DNA from: Octopus vulgaris
Taxonomy: Eukaryota
Length of the DNA stretch: 64,000 nucleotides
NCBI GenBank assembly: GCA_951406725.2
Contig: OX597827.1
Coordinates: forward strand, 6,324,001-6,388,000
Reading direction: 5' to 3'
Part shown: piece by piece, positions 57,201-64,000 of the stretch
Layout of the letters: each line of letters opens with the position of its first letter
Numbering within the stretch: position 1 is the first letter of the stretch
The notes under the pieces: model-generated
The model's database searches: none
Seen by the model: the letters and a program-made list of their open reading frames with translations, nothing else
What the model was told of the DNA's origin: nothing
Made by a program: the position numbers and the translations under genes

Positions 57201-58012
57201 TTGTTCAATTAATACCCATTTTCTTATACTAGCATGGATTGGATGAGGAGTTATTTGAGGCAGGATTTTTACAGCCAGATGCTCTTCCAATTATCAATCC
57301 CAAACTATTTTTCAAATAAAGTTTCTTTTTCTTTGGCCTACAGGTTTTTGAAATCACACGAGGGCCAGTCATTATGTCATTAAAGAAACTAAACATCATA
57401 TCAATATTTAGCTCAGCAGCTGACAAGAAAAGCCTTCAGGAGTCACTATCTTTACGCATATGCATACACACACACACACACACACGTACATGCACTGACA
57501 TGCAATGTCATCATGGTTTTAATGTCTTTTTTATGCTTACTTAGGTCAGCTGGGATTCATTAAAGTTGAAATTCCATTAGTTTGCTAGACGGCAAAGAAT
57601 GATGGAATTGATGTCTATAGCTGATGGAGCCTAACAACACAGCAATGCACAGGTCCCACAGTCCTATGACAACACTCACAGCCCAGAAATGTGTTTTCAT
57701 ACACATAGTTTATAAGGAGAATTTTTCTTCATAGATAATTTCCACAGCAAAGGTCTTTCCATGTCCAAGTGTACACAAACAAGTCAAATTTTATTGTGCA
57801 CACATATATTTCAATCAAAGCTGCTTTTTTCCCCTCTAATTGATTAATTCTAGATTGATGAAGATTTACACACATCAGCAAATTACTATTTATAGTTCAG
57901 ATATAAGAACGTTTGTTTCTTAGTGGGCTACGAATGACGAAATCAGTGTCCGTATATGACAAAATGTAACAATGCAGAAACGCTTGCATCCTATTTTATA
58001 TATTATTTCATA

Positions 58013-58430
58013 GGCGCAGGAGTGGCTGTGTGGTAAGTAGCTTGCTAACCAACCACATGGTTGCAGGTTCAGTCCCACTGCGTGGCATCTTGGGCAACTG
58101 TATTCTGCTATATATAGCCCCGGGCTGACCAATGCCTTGTGACTGGATTTGGTAGACGGAAACTGAATGAAGCCTGTCGTATATATGTATATATATATGT
58201 ATGTGTGTGTGTTTGTGTGTCTGTGTTTGTCCCCCAAGCATTGCTTGACAACCGATGCTGGTGTGTTTACGTCCCTGTCACTTAGCAGTTCGGCAAAAAG
58301 AGACTGATAGAATAAGTACTGGGCTTACAAAAAAATGAATAAGTCCCGGGGGCGAGTTGCTCGACTAAAGGCGGTGCTCCAGCATGGCCGCAGTCAAATG
58401 ACTGAAACAAGTAAAAGAGAAAAGAGAGAG
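58013..58430 (+). mobile_element. tRNA-derived SINE with CORE-like CTTGGGCAA segment; copies at 59423-59820 (+), 1581-1655 (+, truncated), ~28020-28180 (-), ~52230-52420 (-)
   Basis: A/B-box-like head GGCGCAGGAGTGGCTGTGTGG..GGTTCAGTCCC, internal (TA)/(TG) repeat, LINE-like tail. Confidence 0.9.
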
Positions 58431-58569
58431 TATGGTTTGATCAGATCAGTCTTAGTCCAATGATGCTTTCATAAACATAGTCCATAAGGAGAATTTTTCT
58501 CCTGAGATAACTTTCGTTGTGAAGGTCTTTCCATGTCCTAGAGTACACAAACATGTTAAAGGTAATTGT

Positions 58570-58800
58570 TCACACATTGTTCACTCATTGTGAACTCGTA
58601 ATAGCATGTGCAAATGAGTTGGTGATGAATTCCTTCAAATGATTTGTCTTTTATCTTTCTGTGATACACCATGCCTTTCTAATGCCCCCAAAGGTAGAAA
58701 TCAAGAGGGGGTCAGATTAGGGGATCTAGGTGATCTTACAAACTGTTTCTTGTAAAAAACATTTTTCCTTTGTATGGAGAATTTTGAATTACCCTGTATA
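58570..58800 (-). mobile_element. Tc1/mariner transposase remnant
   Basis: SPRSPNLTPLDFYLWGH*KGMVY; TA-TACAGGGT-type terminus near 58800. Confidence 0.65.
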
Positions 58801-58813
58801 TGTAGGTATGTAT

Positions 58814-58858
<45 letters not shown>

Positions 58859-58868
<10 letters not shown>

Positions 58869-59113
58869 TCACAAAGAGGGTCTTTGCAACAAGTTGCTAG
58901 ACCACATACCGAAAGTATTAGAAATAGCAGCCAGATGACTGCTATTTCCTTTTACTACAAAAATATGTCTCCACAGACAACAGTATTTGCAGTTGTCTGT
59001 GGAGACATATTTTTGTAGTAAAAGAAATAACAGTCCTCTGGCTGCTATTTCTAATACTTTCGGTATGTGGTCTAGCAACTTGTTGCAAAGACCTTCTTTG
59101 TTATAATTATATA
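58859..59113. repeat. Near-perfect palindrome, ~120-bp arms, 10-nt loop
   Basis: Left arm ends 58981, loop AGTATTTGCA, right arm starts 58992. By eye 4 substitutions and 1 indel. Confidence 0.95.
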
Positions 59114-60311
59114 AACTTTTACTGAATATGGTCCTTTTCCATACCGAAACACTACTTGGTGAAATTTGTTGATTTTATTAAATTAATTATATTTCACCCT
59201 TTATCTGTTTATGTATATATAATTCATGAAGGAAACAGACAATGGGTTTGGTACAAATCAATATTCAATGTGGTGATTGTTTTAATCCATCCTGCAGCTG
59301 TCCCTTATGGGTAGGATATTGTGCAGCAAGTTGCATCGCATTAATCAGCGCAGTCTGTGTCTCCTGAGGGGTTTGGTATAAAAGATATACTATTTTAACA
59401 GTTTTTATCTCCTAAAATCAAACAGGAGTGGTTGCGTGGTAAGTAGTTTGCTTACCAACCACATGGTTCCGGGTTCAGTCCCACTGCGTGGCATCTTGGG
59501 CAAGTGTCTTCTACTATAGCCTCGGGCCGACCAAAGCCTTGTGAGTGGATATGGTAGACGGAAAATGAAAGAAGCCCATCGTATATATGTATATATATAT
59601 ATATATATATGTGTATGTTTGTGTGTCTGTGTTTGTCCCCCCAACATCGCTTGACAAATGATGTTGGTGTGTTTACGTCGCCATCACTTAGCGGTTCGGC
59701 AAAAGAGACCGATAGAATAAGTATTGGGCTTACAAAGAATAAGTCCCAGGGTCGATCTGTTCGACTAAAGGCGGTGCTCCAGCATGGCCGCTGTCAAATG
59801 ACTGAAACAAGTATAAGAGAAGGAGAAACTCTACTATGTTCCTCCATAAACATAGTAGAGATTTGCCCAAGGTGCTTCAGGGTGTAATTCAACTCTAAAT
59901 CAGATTGTTCAGAAGTGAACTTCATAACTACACAAAAACATTAGAAATATATATTACATCCATCATTGAAAACCAGAAGGCGCTTTTAAATGCCTCTTTA
60001 AGACATTATTTGGAGAGACAGAACATTCCTCTTCAGAAATATTTGAAGACATTTTATTCATTAACAAAATTTTCATAGAAATAAGCCCTGAATCTATTCA
60101 TGTCATTCATAAATTTCATACTTCTTAGCCACTGGCTTATATATGTATGAGTGTGTATGTGTATGTGTGTGTGTATGTATATGTGTGTGTATGTATATGT
60201 ATGTCTATATATATAATTATATATATATATATATATGTGTGTGTATGTATGAATTAAGTATATATATATATAAATATGTATGTATGTATGTATAGTTTTT
60301 TTTTATGTATG

Positions 60312-60389
<78 letters not shown>

Positions 60390-60723
60390 GTATATATATG
60401 TATATATATATTATTGCAGTTATTATCTCACACCTGCTTCTTGGAACATATCATATATATCATTTGTATTATTTTGATAAACGAAATGATACTTAATACA
60501 AAAGTCTTTCTTTAATAAAATATTGATAGCATCCAAACTTTTGCTGGATGGAAACCACTGATATGTATGCAGATACATACACATCTATACAACTACACAT
60601 CTACACACAAACACACAAACACACACATACACTCACACACACATTGTAAACATATGTGCACATATGTACATATTTAGACGCTCACTGTACACATGCATAT
60701 ATTCATCATACACCAAACATATG

Positions 60724-60757
<34 letters not shown>

Positions 60758-60936
60758 TATACATATATTAATAAAAATCTGTAAATGTACAACCATCCAG
60801 ATTTCTGAGTACCTTATTTGTTCTAATATGAAATACCTGTTCATCACCTCCAAACCTATATATATATAATAATTTTTTGCGTAATAAGATAAAAAACCAA
60901 GGCTGTATAGATATTAGAGCAGTTATAGATAGAAGG

Positions 60937-60986
60937 TCTTACAGCTGTTTCTAGGATAGTAATTAATAACACCCCTTTATCGGAGA
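60937..60986 (-). ncRNA. Degenerate hammerhead in TA-flanked Penelope-like fragment (~60860-61095)
   Basis: TCT-CCGATAA-AGG...CCT-A-GAAA-CAGCTGT-A-AGA, with palindromic ACAGCTGT stem III. Confidence 0.4.
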
Positions 60987-61121
60987 TGGTATGAACCAAC
61001 GTTGAACCCTTTATTCACAATATTACCGAATCTGGAAATTAACTATGGTCTGTCTATAGCACTTATTCAGCATTACCTGACACCTTTGGGTCTCAATGAC
61101 ACCATTATCTCTTATATATAA

Positions 61122-61174
<53 letters not shown>

Positions 61175-61656
61175 CATATATATATGCGTGCACACACACA
61201 CACACACACACACACTCACATACACTCACATACACAAGAATACATATCCATATATATAATCATTTAGAATAAAATCTTTCAACATAAACCTAGATAACCA
61301 ATAATATAAAGAAAAATGGAACCGGCCTTCAGCATTTCAGTCCAGATAAAATAGACTTCTGCTATCCAGAAATGAACTTATCAATACAATATTGATTTTA
61401 CTTTATAATTTATTGACTCTATTTATTCCATGAAGGTAAATTTATTACAATATTTAATTTCTATTCATGGAATGACTAACAAAAGATCTAAAAACACAAC
61501 AGGTTGGTTCCATTATCAATTAAGGTATTTTTGTTTTGTTTTCTGGTTTTTTTTTTTTGCTTTTTTTTTTTTTGTTATAGGTAAAATAATAATGATTGTA
61601 ATATTTTAGAGTGATAATCTTTTGATCAAAAATAACAATATATTCGAATTATTTAC

Positions 61657-64000
61657 CTGACTATCTCCTTTCGTTATGGTCTGCATTTGAAATCCAGAAG
61701 CGGAACCTTCCAGATTAGGTTCTGATTTATATCCTGAATGGGTCTCCCTTTTGGGTACTGTAATTTGGCAGTTTCTATTACTAACTTGGTCTCCTACTAT
61801 GGTAAATGGAATGTCATATTTTGGTGAAATAGGTTCGCATATATATTCTGACGGCCTTCGTTCTCCAACTAAATCATTGTTTGCATCAATCCGGTAACCG
61901 TACTGAACCTCTCTTTGATTCTGTCTTTGAACAATGCAGACTATTATAGAGACTACAATAGCTGTAGATATTATCACAGCAGCTATTACGATTATTACTA
62001 CTAAACTGATATGTATCATATCGTCTGACTCAGTGTGTTGAGCTGTGTAAAGCTGAGAGGTGCTGTTGCTGACCGTTAGAGTCAGAAATACTGTGGTGGT
62101 TGCTGACAATACTGGAGTCCCACTGTCTCTGACCACAAACTGAAGGTCATATGACCCAGCATCATTTTGGTAAACTGGACGAGAGAAAGACAATACTCCA
62201 GAATGTGGGTTTACATTAAACAACTGTTTGTCATTGCCTTTGACAATTTCATACGTGAGGAAAGCATTCACATGACTGTCTCTGTCAGAGGCTCTTAGTA
62301 CTGTGATGTCTTTGTTAATTTGTGGATGATAGTGGACATCTAGACTGAAAGGGTTGACACTAGGGAAAGTAAAGTATGGTACGTTGTCATTCTCATCCAT
62401 GACTTTAACAATAACATTTGCAGTGTTGTTTAACGGTGGAATTCCACTGTCTTTCACAGAAACTTGAAATTTATAGATCTCTTGTTGCTCACGATCTAAA
62501 GATTGTGTCGTTGAAATAAATCCAAAATCAGAAATTTCAAATGGAAGAACATATTGATCCTTACTGTAGAGAGAATAATAAAGTTTATTTTCTGGTCCCA
62601 GATCTGGATCAGTGGCATTTATAAATCCAACAAGGAAGTTTGATTTTTCATTTTCATAGGCCAAAAATTTAAATGTATCTTTGGTAAACATAGGCCTTAC
62701 ATCATTGATATCCACTACTTCAATTGAAAACTGACTCTGAGTTTGTAATGAGGGAGACCCTCTATCTTTACAAGTTATATCAAATTCAATGTGACTTTCA
62801 GTTTCTCGATCGATTTCACTTTTTACTATAACTTTATATTTCATTTTACCTAAACTTTGAAGTTGAAGTTTGTCATGCTGAAGGAAACAGTCTACTTCTC
62901 CATTCTGACCAATGTCATCATCTATGATCTTCACAAAGGCTATAAAACTGCCGACTTTTATTCCTTCAGATATTGTCAATTTGTTTCCAGATGATTGGGA
63001 AACAAACTTTACCTCAATTTTGGGTATGTTATTTTGTTGATTTATGATATTTACTAAAACCATGACTGTAGAACTCAGAGGTGGAATACCTCCATCTACA
63101 GCTTCGATAAACAACTTGTGGATTTTCTTGGATCCTGAGAAATACTTTTGGATAAGGAAAATCTCACCTGTTTCCTTAACTAATTTGAAATAAGATTTAG
63201 CATTGTTAGATGTTTTGGAACCAAAATAATATGATATTTTACCATTTTCGCCACTATCTAAATCCGTTGCAGATAATGTGGTAATGGGTTTGTTCTTCCT
63301 AAATCCGTTGTTGAGTGAAACATTGTAAACATTTTTAGCAAAACGTGGTGGGTTATCATTAACATCTGTTATGGAAACGTGAACATTTAAAATAGATTGT
63401 TTTGGAGGAAATCCTTGGTCCTTGGCTACTATCTGTATGTTATATTCATCTTCCATTTCTCTGTCAAGTCTTTGCTCCAAAATTATTCCAAGTGTAGCTG
63501 TCCCATCTATTTTCTTGGACACAGATAAACTAAATGGCTGGCCATGTTCATTCTTCATCCAGTAAACAATTTGTGAGTTCTGAATTCCAACATCTTTGTC
63601 AATAGCATTTGCTATTGAACGTCTTACCCCTTTGCGATCATCTTCAGAAAATTCTATCTTTACATGATCCTCGGGGAACTCTGGACGGTGATCATTGACG
63701 TCTTTTAATATAACTTTGATTTCAAGAATTTTTACAAATGATTCCTTATTTTGAACAGCAATGTCAACTGTCCTGAAGCATTCAGTATTGTATTTGCAAA
63801 GCGCTTCAGTATCTAGTTGTTGAGCTGTGTAAAGTTTCCCAGTTCTGGAGACGTTAAATAACCATAATGTGTTATTAATACCTTCTTTTAGTTGACTGAA
63901 CCAAATTAATGCACGGTCTTTTAAAGGTATGTTTTCCAACTGTATGTCTGCAGCGATATTTCCAATATATGTATCAGGTCTTTGCCCTTCCTCTACTTGA
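61657..64000 (-). CDS. Protocadherin large exon (EC1-EC6, transmembrane helix, proximal cytoplasmic tail); 5' end outside window
   Basis: The frame is open to the window edge (QVEEGQRPDTYIGNIAADIQ precedes the track's TTG start). Cadherin motifs LDTE, DVNDHRPEF, LDRE, DVNDNPPRF, ATDLDSGENG, IDRE, DINDVRPMF, DENDNVPYF; TM segment ISLVVIIVIAAVIISTAIVVSIIVCIV; phase-0 donor CAG|GTAAAT at 61657/61656. Confidence 0.97.

Noticed and set aside
58013-58090. tRNA genes at SINE heads (also 19421, 46833)
   Set aside because: A/B-box-like heads continue into SINE bodies, some with TSDs; no clean cloverleaf.
63937-63939. ORF-track start of the protocadherin
   Set aside because: It is an internal TTG (Leu). 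The frame continues to the window edge and the signal peptide lies outside.

Overview
AT-rich, microsatellite- and SINE-dense animal DNA, most likely an octopus (inferred from the protocadherin type and repeat families). One protein-coding gene is supported: a minus-strand protocadherin. Its large exon (>64000-61657) encodes EC1-EC6, the TM helix and the proximal tail, with the N-terminus outside the window. A 21.3-kb intron joins it in frame to two small cytoplasmic exons that the ORF track does not resolve (40368-40224 and 39447-39179), and a probable long 3' UTR follows. The rest is nested transposon debris (mariner, maT, Tc1, hAT, piggyBac-type MITEs, CR1-type and R4/Dong-type LINEs, several SINE families) and simple repeats. 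The least expected signal is about ten type I hammerhead-ribozyme motifs in several contexts: a 358-bp unit with 30-bp terminal redundancy, a ~334-bp tandem dimer, the apex of a ~290-bp rod-like hairpin, and TA-embedded Penelope-like ends. Together they suggest a retrozyme/Penelope circular-RNA system. All calls were made by eye; no activity or expression is shown.
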